NCBI GenBank assembly: GCA_964357325.1
Contig: CAYHLB010000001.1
Coordinates: 1 to 25,933, forward strand
Source: Candidatus Woesearchaeota archaeon
GTDB lineage: Archaea > Nanobdellota > Nanobdellia > Pacearchaeales > GW2011-AR1
Reading direction: 5' to 3'
DNA: 25,933 nt
Shown: positions 17,220 to 25,933 of the stretch, one piece after another
Layout: each line of letters opens with the position of its first letter
How positions within the stretch are numbered: the first letter of the stretch is position 1
Notes under the pieces: generated by a model
What the model was told of the DNA's origin: nothing
Seen by the model: only the letters and a program-made list of their open reading frames with translations
The model's database searches: none
Translations under genes and position numbers: made by a program

Positions 17220-20084
17220 TTATATCTCCAAACTCAAAACCTTTGAAATTCCTTCTTGCATTGATACTCCATAGAGAACATTTGTTGACTCTGAGATTAT
17301 GGAATCATTGTGTGTGATTATTAGATATTGACCTTGTTTCATGTGTTTCTTTAATAGATAGGCTAATTTTTCAGAGTTTCTTCTGTCAAGTGCTGCATCT
17401 ATTTCATCAAAAATATAGAATGCATAGGGTTTATAGGTTTGTATTGCAAAGATTAGTGAAAGTGCTACAAGGGTTTGCTCCCCTCCTGAAAGAGAAGTAA
17501 CATCAAAATATTTTCCTCCACCAACTTTGATTATTATATCAAGTCCCCCATTAAAAATATCTTTTTTGTCTTCGGGTTCTAAAACTACTATTCCTTTTGT
17601 ACTTAATTGGGAAAAGTTAGTTGAAAATAACTCGTTTATTTTCTCAAGAGTTTCAATAAAAACTTTTTTCTTTCTCCTATCTATCTGGTCTATTACTTTT
17701 AAAATCTCTTGTTTTTCATTTTCTAACTGTTCTACTTTTTCTTTTATTTTATCATATTCTTGCTTAATTTGATCATAGACTTCTAGAGCCCTTAAATTTA
17801 CATTTCCTATTTTTGCAAGGGTTATCTCTGTTTCATGGAGTTTTTCCTGAAGTTTTTCAAGAGATATTGAAATAAATTCCACTGGTTCAAATTCTTTTAA
17901 TTCTTGCATAAGGGTTTCTCTTCTTGCATTTATTTGAGCTTTATTTATCATTAAATTGTTTATCTCATTTTCATAGAGTCTTTTTTCATTTTGACTAATC
18001 AACATTTCAGATTCAAGAGCTCTTGCTTTATCCTGGGTGTTATTTTTTTCATTGAACATTTCCTGATATTTTTGTTTTAAAACATCTGCCTGCTCTTCTT
18101 TTTTTGAAACTATTTTTTGTTTTTCATCAAACTGTTCTTTTATTTCCTTTAGAGACTCAGATATTTCTTCTTTATCTCTTAGATTTTGCTTAATTGCAAG
18201 TCTTATTCTTTCTAATTCCCTCTGCTTTACTGTTATCTCGCTTCCAAGATTTCTTTCTTCTGTTCTTTGCATTTCATTTACTTCTAGCTTCAATGTTTCG
18301 TATTGTTCTTCACTTATTTTTGTCAAAGAAAACTTATGCTCTATGTCCTTTTTCTTTTTATCAAAATTTTCAAGTTCTATTTCAAATTGTTTTTCTTCTT
18401 CTATATTTCTTTTTAATTGCTGTTTTTTATCTGAAATTGTTTGAACTTTAACTAAATCAATGTTTCTTTGATTTATTTCCATTGAATTTTTTGCAATAAT
18501 ATCCCTTATTTCTTTTATTTTTGATTTTGTTTCATGAATTTCTTTCTCAGAAGATTCTATTGTGTGTTTAGCATGATGTATATCCTGGTCTGATTTTGAA
18601 ATAACTTCTTGAATATGATGCTCTGTTATTTTTGTTTTGCATAGCGGACAGGTATCTAGCTTGGAAACCTGGGATTTTATTTTTTCAGCCTCATTGATTA
18701 TCTGATTTTGAATTGCAGATATTTTTTGTTTTTCTAGCAGAGAATCTTCTAGTTTGGATACTTCTTCTTTATTTGTTTCAATTTCATTTTTTAATTTTAT
18801 TATTATCTCCCTATGTTCCCCTATGGAATTATTCAGCTTTACTTCTGTTTCAATATCTTGAATTTGATTTAAAATAAAGTTAGATTCATTTTTTATTCTT
18901 TGAATCTGTCTTTTTTTATCCTCTATTTGATTGTTTAATGCAGATAGATTTGATTTCAATAAATAGTATTGGCGTTTTGCTTCTTCTAAGGAATCTAGTT
19001 TTAATTTTTTCTCCTGAAGGTCTTTTCTAGTATCTCTAGATCTTTCTTTTGACATAGAGTCTATTTCAGTTTCATATTGTGTTATTGAAGATTCTAAGCT
19101 TTGCTTTCTTCTATCAAGTTCTAATAATTGATTCTCAAAATTCTCTTTTTTAGCTACCATTCCAGCTATTTCTTGTTTTAAATTAGATATTTCAATGATT
19201 AGAGTGTCTTGCTCAAGTCCTGATGATTTTTGAATGGATTGAGTTATGTTATTTATTTTTTCATTTAATATTGCTATTTCTTGTTTTAATTTTATTATGT
19301 GAATATCTTTTTTTTCAATGTCTTTTTGTTTGATTGAAGAATTCTTTAAAATTTCAGAGAGCTCTTTTTCTCTTTCCTGAATATGCTTATTTATAATAGA
19401 TGCCTTGCATCTTTTTTTTGTTTCTTCTAATTTTTTAAATTTTAATGCTTGTTCTCTTTCTTCTTCTAGGTTTCTTAGATAGTTTGTTCTTTCTCTTAGG
19501 ATTGCATTGATTTGTTTTAATCTTTCTTCTGTTTTTTCAAGTTCTTTTAATGACTTCTCCTTTCTCATTTCATATATTGAAATTCCTGCTACTTCTTCTA
19601 AAATCTTTCTTCTTTCTTCTGCTGGAAGTTTGACGAATTTTTCAATTTCTCCTTGAAGAACTATATTAAAGCCATGAGGATCTATTCCTGCTTGATTTAA
19701 TAGTTCAAGGCATTCTTGTCTTGTTTTTGTTTCATGATTTATTCTATAGATGCTTTGGCCATTTTTTCTAACAATCCTTCTTATAACTATTTCTGGCAAG
19801 TCTAGGGCAAATTCTTTTTCAGAATTGTCAAAGGTTATTTCAACATAGGCTTCATTTGCACCTTTATAGTCTTTGTTTCCTGAAAATATTAGATGTGAGG
19901 CTTTTGCAGCTCTTATGGATTTAATTGAAAGCCTTCCTAGAACAAAACAAAGGGCGTCTGTGATGTTGCTCTTACCGGATCCATTCGGTCCAACTACAAC
20001 TGACATATGTTTATCAAAATTTATTTCTGTTTCTCTTGCAAAAGATTTAAAGCCTTTAATGGCTAGTTTTTTAATATAGGTCAT
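17220..20084 (-). CDS. smc: SMC-family ATPase (954 aa) with a central CPLC motif
   Basis: KGFKSFA, GPNGSGKSNITDALCFVLG, LSGGEQT, FDEIDAALD, IITH; long coiled coils; GGAG SD. Confidence 0.9.
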   Translation of the reverse strand: MTYIKKLAIKGFKSFARETEINFDKHMSVVVGPNGSGKSNITDALCFVLGRLSIKSIRAAKASHLIFSGNKDYKGANEAYVEITFDNSEKEFALDLPEIVIRRIVRKNGQSIYRINHETKTRQECLELLNQAGIDPHGFNIVLQGEIEKFVKLPAEERRKILEEVAGISIYEMRKEKSLKELEKTEERLKQINAILRERTNYLRNLEEEREQALKFKKLEETKKRCKASIINKHIQEREKELSEILKNSSIKQKDIEKKDIHIIKLKQEIAILNEKINNITQSIQKSSGLEQDTLIIEISNLKQEIAGMVAKKENFENQLLELDRRKQSLESSITQYETEIDSMSKERSRDTRKDLQEKKLKLDSLEEAKRQYYLLKSNLSALNNQIEDKKRQIQRIKNESNFILNQIQDIETEVKLNNSIGEHREIIIKLKNEIETNKEEVSKLEDSLLEKQKISAIQNQIINEAEKIKSQVSKLDTCPLCKTKITEHHIQEVISKSDQDIHHAKHTIESSEKEIHETKSKIKEIRDIIAKNSMEINQRNIDLVKVQTISDKKQQLKRNIEEEKQFEIELENFDKKKKDIEHKFSLTKISEEQYETLKLEVNEMQRTEERNLGSEITVKQRELERIRLAIKQNLRDKEEISESLKEIKEQFDEKQKIVSKKEEQADVLKQKYQEMFNEKNNTQDKARALESEMLISQNEKRLYENEINNLMINKAQINARRETLMQELKEFEPVEFISISLEKLQEKLHETEITLAKIGNVNLRALEVYDQIKQEYDKIKEKVEQLENEKQEILKVIDQIDRRKKKVFIETLEKINELFSTNFSQLSTKGIVVLEPEDKKDIFNGGLDIIIKVGGGKYFDVTSLSGGEQTLVALSLIFAIQTYKPYAFYIFDEIDAALDRRNSEKLAYLLKKHMKQGQYLIITHNDSIISESTNVLYGVSMQEGISKVLSLEI

Positions 20085-20195
20085 ACTATCTCCTTTTTTG
20101 TATTAAATAATCAAGAAAGAGGTGTTTAAAAGTTATTTGATTCAACAAAACCTATTTTGTGAAAGATTTAAATATAGAAAATGTTGTTATATTAT

Positions 20196-20728
20196 ATGAG
20201 ACAATTGCATCCTGGAGCAAAATGGAGCTTTAGAATTGGAGTTTATTTTTCAATGTTATTCTTATTGTTATTTGGAGGATGGTTTGTAATCCCTTTTTTG
20301 TAGCAATGATTGTTGCTGTATTTGGTTTCGAAGCTATCCTTGGGATTATAATAGGCATCTTTATTTCCTTATTTCTTTACATAATATTTACTATAATTGT
20401 TGCTGAAATTTATGCTAATTTAGCTTACAAAAATTGGCTTTATGAATTTACAGAAGATCATTTAAAAAAAGAAAGTGGAATTATTTGGAAGAAATATTCT
20501 AATATTCCTTATGAAAGAGTTCAGAATGTAGATATAACTAGAGGAATAATCGCAAGAATGCTTGGATTTTCAAGTGTAAATATACAGACTGCTGGTTATT
20601 CCTATAATCCTAATGGGGGTGCTTTTTCAGAGGGATATATTCCTGCTGTTGATTCACAAGAGGCTGAAAAAATAAGAGAATTTTTAATGAATAAAATCAC
20701 TAAAAAAGGTAGAAGCCAGGGGTTATAA
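20196..20728 (+). CDS. bPH_2 (DUF304)-type PH-domain membrane protein, frameshifted at about 20291-20299
   Basis: Frame 0 MRQLHPGAKWSFR...VIPFL* matches the paralog N-terminus MNKLHPGVRWLFR; the -1 frame carries the rest (NIPYERVQNVDITRG). One extra base gives 177 aa. Confidence 0.8.
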
Positions 20729-21261
20729 TGAATAAGTTACATCCTGGAGTAAGATGGTTGTTTAGATTAAGGGGTTATTCTGTTTTTATTCCAATATTTA
20801 TATTTACTATTTTTTTCTCAATTGGCATTGCTTCTGAAATGGATAATTTTGGAGTTTTTGGTTTTTTAGCTCCTTTCTTAATATTTGTTCCTATATTTAT
20901 TATACCCTTTATAATAATTGTAGAAATTTATGCTAGAATGACTTATAATAGATGGCTCTATGAATTTGGAGCAGATGGATTAAAATTAGAAAGAGGAATT
21001 ATTTGGAAGAGATATTCTAACATTCCCTATGAAAGAGTTCAGAATGTTGATATAACAAGAGGAATAATTGCGAGAATGTGCGGATTTTCAAGTGTAAATG
21101 TGCAGACAGCTGGTTATTCTGGTCCTAGATCTAGTGGATTGAGTGTTAATGGAATTCCTATTGGAAGAATGCATAGCGAAGGTTACATTCCAGGGGTTAA
21201 TATTCAAGAAGCTGAGAAAATAAGAGAATTTTTAATAAAAAAGATAACAAAGAAAATTTGA
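20728..21261 (+). CDS. bPH_2 (DUF304)-type PH-domain membrane protein (tandem paralog)
   Basis: Two TM segments; GIIWKRYSNIPYERVQNVDITRGIIAR...VQTAG. Confidence 0.9.
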   Translation: MNKLHPGVRWLFRLRGYSVFIPIFIFTIFFSIGIASEMDNFGVFGFLAPFLIFVPIFIIPFIIIVEIYARMTYNRWLYEFGADGLKLERGIIWKRYSNIPYERVQNVDITRGIIARMCGFSSVNVQTAGYSGPRSSGLSVNGIPIGRMHSEGYIPGVNIQEAEKIREFLIKKITKKI

Positions 21262-21287
21262 TATCAAAGATAGATTAGATATGAGTC

Positions 21288-21548
21288 TTAGTTTCTAGGA
21301 AGAGTTGAAAAACGTTCTTTTGCATCCTCAAGAAAATCTTTTCTCATTGCTCTTACAGTTGTTGCCATTACACAAGATTGTCTGCAATTGTCATATGATG
21401 CAGCTAAATCTGGTGGTGAATTTCCTGAAACCTGATGGAATAAAGTTTCAAAATTTTGATTTAAATCATATACTTTTTGAGAAAAATCTAGTTCTGCATA
21501 TTGTATCATTTCACTAAGAGTTTTATATAAATCCTGAAAGATTGCCAT
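21288..21548 (-). CDS. Hypothetical protein, 86 aa
   Basis: ORF with ATG start; no motif recognised. Confidence 0.6.
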   Translation of the reverse strand: MAIFQDLYKTLSEMIQYAELDFSQKVYDLNQNFETLFHQVSGNSPPDLAASYDNCRQSCVMATTVRAMRKDFLEDAKERFSTLPRN

Positions 21549-21666
21549 GGATTATATACTCTTTTAAACTATTTAAGCTTTGCGAACTGTTACTATTATT
21601 TAATTACATCACTTTTATATGGAAAGTGTAAAATAAGTTTAAAACAACTTCTAAGAAAATTTAATT

Positions 21667-22644
21667 TTATAATTCAGGTAGATAATTGATCTTATATTCT
21701 TCAAAAATTATCATTGATTCATAATCCCTTATTATATCTGAAAATTTTTCCTTAATATTTAGTAAAACCTCTTTAAATTCTTCAACATTATCCACATGAA
21801 TATCAAGCATTATATTATAAGATCCTATTGAATTAGTGATATAATATATTTTTTTATTATTTTTACAGAATTCTAAAAGATCTTTTTTTCTTTTTTCATC
21901 TGAGGGTTTGAGGCGTATAAGCAAAAGATGCCATTGATAACCTAATTTATGTACACTTATCTGAGGTTTAAATGCTAAAATTATTTTATTTTTTATTAGA
22001 TTTTTTAAATGATATTTTATTACATGGATTGGAATTTTTGTTTTAAAAGAAATTTCAGTTATGGGTAGCCTTGAATTTTGAGATATTTCTTGCAGAATTT
22101 TTTTATCAATTATGTCTAGTTTAATTGAACTAATTCTTTCTGTTTGCTTGATACCTGATAAATAAGGTTTGTCTCCAACTGCTTTATAACCAATGTGTTC
22201 GGCAGTTACAAGTGTGGTAATCATGTAATCATGCAGATACTTACCGCATATTGAAATTATTTTTTCTAAAAAAGATTCAAATTTTGAAACTGATGGGGCA
22301 TTGACTAATAACACAGCATCCCATTTGCCCATGCTAGATACCATCCATCCTACAAAATCTAGAGAATTTAATTTGTTTAATAAGGCAATTTCTTGATCTT
22401 TATTTATATTTTCTAATTGTAAAAATACATAAAATGAATCAAGTCCAAAATGTCCGGTATTTACAATTGTATAAAAATTCATAATAATGCCTTTTTTTAT
22501 TAGGTCTTTAATTCTATAGTTCACAACTTGTTTTGAAAGCCCAACTTTTTTTGCGATCTCTGAATCAGTTTGTCTTGCATTATAGTCTAATTCCTCTAAG
22601 ATTTTTCTATCTTTTTCGTCGATTATAAAAGATTTTTTTGGCAT
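21667..22644 (-). CDS. Lrp/AsnC family regulator with duplicated wHTH-AsnC modules
   Basis: IDEKDRKILEELDYNARQ...IAKKVGLS and LDIIDKKILQEISQNSRL; GKWDAV and GSYNIM ligand-domain motifs. Confidence 0.9.
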   Translation of the reverse strand: MPKKSFIIDEKDRKILEELDYNARQTDSEIAKKVGLSKQVVNYRIKDLIKKGIIMNFYTIVNTGHFGLDSFYVFLQLENINKDQEIALLNKLNSLDFVGWMVSSMGKWDAVLLVNAPSVSKFESFLEKIISICGKYLHDYMITTLVTAEHIGYKAVGDKPYLSGIKQTERISSIKLDIIDKKILQEISQNSRLPITEISFKTKIPIHVIKYHLKNLIKNKIILAFKPQISVHKLGYQWHLLLIRLKPSDEKRKKDLLEFCKNNKKIYYITNSIGSYNIMLDIHVDNVEEFKEVLLNIKEKFSDIIRDYESMIIFEEYKINYLPEL

Positions 22645-22672
22645 TATTTTTCTATGAACCTTATTTCATATG

Positions 22673-22698
22673 TCAAGAACCAATTAAATGGTTCTTGA
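22673..22698. promoter_or_regulatory. 10-bp perfect inverted repeat (candidate operator) in the divergent intergenic region
   Basis: tcaagaacca-attaaa-tggttcttga. Confidence 0.5.
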
Positions 22699-22897
22699 GC
22701 ATGATCCAAATTCCGAGTGCTATCTTATACTTATAATGAACATAAGGAATTCGGACATTTAAAACTTTACTTATAATATTTATAAATATCGTATAAAGTG
22801 TATTTAAATATTATCTTTTTGACAAAAATAAAACTAAAAGGTTCTAATAAGTGGATAATCCTATAGAGACTAAGTAAATGGATAAAAACAAAATGAA

Positions 22898-23203
22898 ATG
22901 AAAAATATTGAAAAACAATTGGAATTTGATTTTATGAAAGAAGATAGTTTAATTAAAAGAATTAAAAACAAATATAATGAAAGTCTTTCTTTTAGATATT
23001 GTATTAATGGGGGAGTTACAGGTGCCTCTTTAGGAGTTTTAGGCAGTTTATTAGATTCATTTACAGGAGCAGGTGATTACTCTGTACCTGGAATTATTGG
23101 TTTTATGACTCTTTCTGGTATTGGTCTTCCATTATATACTTTAACATTATATAATTTTTTAAATAATAAAATTAATGGAGAAACTATGCCTATCGATGGA
23201 TAG
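22898..23203 (+). CDS. Small membrane protein
   Basis: Two Gly-rich hydrophobic segments. Confidence 0.7.
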   Translation: MKNIEKQLEFDFMKEDSLIKRIKNKYNESLSFRYCINGGVTGASLGVLGSLLDSFTGAGDYSVPGIIGFMTLSGIGLPLYTLTLYNFLNNKINGETMPIDG

Positions 23204-23252
23204 TAAAAATTTAACTACATAATTTAAATACTCCTAAACAATAAAAAACACA

Positions 23253-24362
23253 ATGGTAATAACAGAATATATTGAAAGAATCCAAGACTTAGATGCTAAA
23301 AATACTATGTTAAGGACATGGAAATGGACAAAGGGTATTGCAGCAGGACTTATTGGTGCAACTGTTGCATTTGGAAGTTTTTATACTGTTCCTAACAACT
23401 CTGTTGGAGTTGTTCAAACTTTTGGTGCTTATTCAAGATCAACAGAACCTGGACTGCATTTAAAAATGCCCCTTATTGAAGGTGTTACAAAAGTTCCTAT
23501 AAAACAAGTTCAGAAAGTCGAATTTGGTTTTCGTTCATTAAAACCAGGAATTGATTCTCAATATATTGGAGTAAAAGAATTAAAAGAGGGTAGAGTTCCT
23601 CAAAAAGATTTACAAACACTTCTTTTAGATTGTGATATTGATTTAGAGAGCAAAAAAGGAGAATTAGTTAATGCTGCAGAAAATGCATTAAGAGATGAGT
23701 ATCTAATGCTAACTGGAGATCTTAATATGGCTGATATTGAATTTATTGTCCAATATGATATTAAAGATGCAAGAGGTTATTTATTTAATATAAGAGAACA
23801 AAAGAAAACAATTAGAGATGCTGCTATTTCTATAATGAGACAATTAGTTGGAAATGGAAGTGTTGATGAGGCAATTACAATTGGAAGAATAGATTATGAA
23901 AATGAATGTAAAATCAAATTACAAGAACTTCTTGATCAATACCAAAGTGGTATAAATGTTCAAATGGTTAAGTTGCAATCATGCAATCCCCCTGAAAAAG
24001 TTCAGGCAGCATTTAATGCAGTTAATGAAGCTTTACAAAAAAGAGAAACTAGAATTAATGAAGCAAGAAAAGCGTACAATGAAGTTATTCCAAAAGCTAA
24101 AGGCGAAGCGCTACAAGAAATTGAAAAAGCTAATGGATATGCTACAAAAAGAGTTAATGAAGCACAAGGAGATGTAACAAGATTTGAAAGAGTGCTAACT
24201 GAATATAAAAAGGCACCTGAAGTTACAAGACAAAGAATGTATCTTGAAACCATGGGAAAAGTTTTGCCTGAAATTAAAGAAAAATGGATTGTTGAAAATG
24301 GAAATAATGGGCTCTTAAGGTTATTAAATTTAAATGAAAAACCTAGGGTGGAGGTAAAATAA
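23253..24362 (+). CDS. hflK: SPFH-domain FtsH modulator HflK
   Basis: TM + GVVQTFG, PGLHLKMP, MLTGDLN, VIPKAKGEA, YKKAPEVTRQRMYLETM. Confidence 0.92.
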   Translation: MVITEYIERIQDLDAKNTMLRTWKWTKGIAAGLIGATVAFGSFYTVPNNSVGVVQTFGAYSRSTEPGLHLKMPLIEGVTKVPIKQVQKVEFGFRSLKPGIDSQYIGVKELKEGRVPQKDLQTLLLDCDIDLESKKGELVNAAENALRDEYLMLTGDLNMADIEFIVQYDIKDARGYLFNIREQKKTIRDAAISIMRQLVGNGSVDEAITIGRIDYENECKIKLQELLDQYQSGINVQMVKLQSCNPPEKVQAAFNAVNEALQKRETRINEARKAYNEVIPKAKGEALQEIEKANGYATKRVNEAQGDVTRFERVLTEYKKAPEVTRQRMYLETMGKVLPEIKEKWIVENGNNGLLRLLNLNEKPRVEVK

Positions 24363-24363
24363 A

Positions 24364-25434
24364 ATGACTGAAAAATCTAAATATTCTGGACTTAAAAAAG
24401 TAATTGGAGCAACAGCACTAGCATTAGGTATTGGAGTTTGGAGTTCATCTTATACAATAGATCAGACAGAACAAGCAGTTGTAACAAGATTTGGAAATCC
24501 AGTAAGGGTAATACTTAATCCAATTAAAAGTGGAGAAGAAGATAATTCTGTAGAAGAATTATCTCAAGAATATAGTGAGGCAGGTATAAGGGTAAATGAA
24601 GGTGCTGGATTATATTTTAAATTGCCTTTAGTTGATAGCATAAGGAGATTTGACAGGAGACTCTTAAGATGGAATGGTTATGCTGAACAAATACCTACTA
24701 AAGATAAAAAATACATTATGGTCAATACTACAGCGAGATTTAGAATCTATGACCCATTAAAATTTTTAAATACAGTTGGAACTGAAGACCAAGCACATGG
24801 AAGACTTGATGATATAGTTGATTCTACTGCAAGAAATATAATAACTACAAAAAATTTAATTAGTGTTGTAAGATCTGATAACAGGCCCATGAGAGTATCT
24901 GAAGAAGAATTAAAAGAAAATACTCCTTCTGAAAATGTTCAAGAGGGGGGTAGACAGAAAATTGTAGATCAAATTACAGCAGAATCTAGGAGAGTTTGTT
25001 TAGAACGATATGGAGTGGACATTCATGAACAAGGAGTCTTAATAAAAAGCATAAACTATGTGCCTAGTGTCAAAGAAGCTGTTGAAAAAAGAATGACTGA
25101 AGAAAGATTGAGAATTGCTGAGAAATATAAATCTGAAGGAGAAGGAGAATATCAAAAGATAATGGGTGAAAAAGAAAGAGAACAAATGAAAATAAAGTCA
25201 GAGGCATATAAAACTGCAAAAGAAGTTAGTGGAAAAGCAGATGCAGAAGCAACAAAAGTTTATGCTGAGGCGTTTAATAAAGATCCTGAATTCTTCAGGT
25301 TCTGGAGAACCTTGGAACTTTATGAACAAGATGGATTTGCTAATGGAACTAGGCTTGTAATAGGAATAGATAATCCTTTAATGGAATTAATGTCTGGAAA
25401 AACAATTCAGGTCAAGGAAGAAGCCAAAAAATAA
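24364..25434 (+). CDS. hflC: SPFH-domain FtsH modulator HflC
   Basis: EQAVVTRFG, GLYFKLP, PTKDKK, ERLRIAEKYKSEG, YAEAFNKDPEFFRFWRTLE; GGAGG SD. Confidence 0.92.
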   Translation: MTEKSKYSGLKKVIGATALALGIGVWSSSYTIDQTEQAVVTRFGNPVRVILNPIKSGEEDNSVEELSQEYSEAGIRVNEGAGLYFKLPLVDSIRRFDRRLLRWNGYAEQIPTKDKKYIMVNTTARFRIYDPLKFLNTVGTEDQAHGRLDDIVDSTARNIITTKNLISVVRSDNRPMRVSEEELKENTPSENVQEGGRQKIVDQITAESRRVCLERYGVDIHEQGVLIKSINYVPSVKEAVEKRMTEERLRIAEKYKSEGEGEYQKIMGEKEREQMKIKSEAYKTAKEVSGKADAEATKVYAEAFNKDPEFFRFWRTLELYEQDGFANGTRLVIGIDNPLMELMSGKTIQVKEEAKK

Positions 25435-25512
25435 CAATTAAATCAGTAAAGGAACTTATAAAAATTAGTGCTATACTTGGAATAAATTTTATTTAGTATT
25501 AAATAAGTTTCA

Positions 25513-25933
25513 TTAGAACAACTTCTTTTGCCTTTCATCATTGGCTTTTTCAATGTTTTTGAATGTGCTCCATGATTTTCTAAATATTTCAGGATGCTTG
25601 TTCCAGTTTTCTTTTATGAATTTTTGAGTTTTTGGATTTGCAGGATAGCCTGGGCCTGTGTCTCCATATTGTTTTTGTATTCTTGTCATTTCTTCTTCTC
25701 TTCTGACTTTTGCAATTATTGATGCTGCGCTGCAGACTGGATAGTTAAAATCTGCTTTATGCTCTACAATATATTTTATACCTTTTTTATTAACTAATTT
25801 TTTTACATAATCTTCAAATTTTTTTGGAACAGGGTGTGGACAGTCAATTATACTTTATCAGGATTAAAATGATTTATTATCTCTGCTTGTTTATTGGCTT
25901 CTAGCCAATTTAAATTCATTTCAGTATTTTTTT
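25513..25933 (-). CDS. rnhB: Ribonuclease HII, partial (5' end outside the window), with an apparent frameshift at about 25850
   Basis: NLNWLEA...PDKV* then, in the -1 frame, IIDCP...VEHKAD..YPVCSAASIIAKVRR...GPGYP...RKSW. Confidence 0.88.

Noticed and set aside
20279-20728. Treating the 149-aa ORF (MVCNP...) as the complete gene
   Set aside because: The true N-terminus, homologous to the paralog, starts at 20196 in another frame.
7342-24253. Remaining short overlapping ORFs (7342, 9167, 9288, 10835, 13441, 13665, 16732, 17527, 18194, 19873, 21305, 23956, 24002)
   Set aside because: Each lies antisense to or out of frame within a well-supported gene.
1-25933. tRNA, rRNA, CRISPR array, transposase or integrase
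   Set aside because: No cloverleaf, GC-rich RNA gene, regularly spaced repeats or recombinase motifs seen.

Overview
An AT-rich archaeal window, most likely DPANN (Pacearchaeota/Woesearchaeota-like). This is inferred from the archaeal-type DnaG, class III signal peptides, S-layer-like protein and tandem Lrp regulator. Housekeeping content: dnaG, endonuclease IV-like, SMC-family ATPase, hflK/hflC and a partial rnhB. The standout is an apparently split Hint/intein system. A 1219-aa exported protein (362..4021, -) ends in the N-terminal 61 aa of a Hint domain (GTG|CFLANTKITM...EYYIIDYEIK*). A separate gene (9174..10301, +) encodes a signal peptide, the missing C-terminal part (GELRVTSEHPF...VYNLEV...VVHN|S) and a PRTase-like cargo. 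A second, almost entirely deleted copy of the carrier locus lies at 11750..12090. It keeps the stop at the same position, and about 4.3 kb is replaced by a perfect 15-bp palindrome. Other oddities: an SMC-headed protein with a central CPLC zinc-hook motif and no visible hinge, two single-base frameshifts (possibly assembly errors), unannotated micro-ORFs and hairpin clusters. All family assignments come from motif recognition by eye; no database searches were run.
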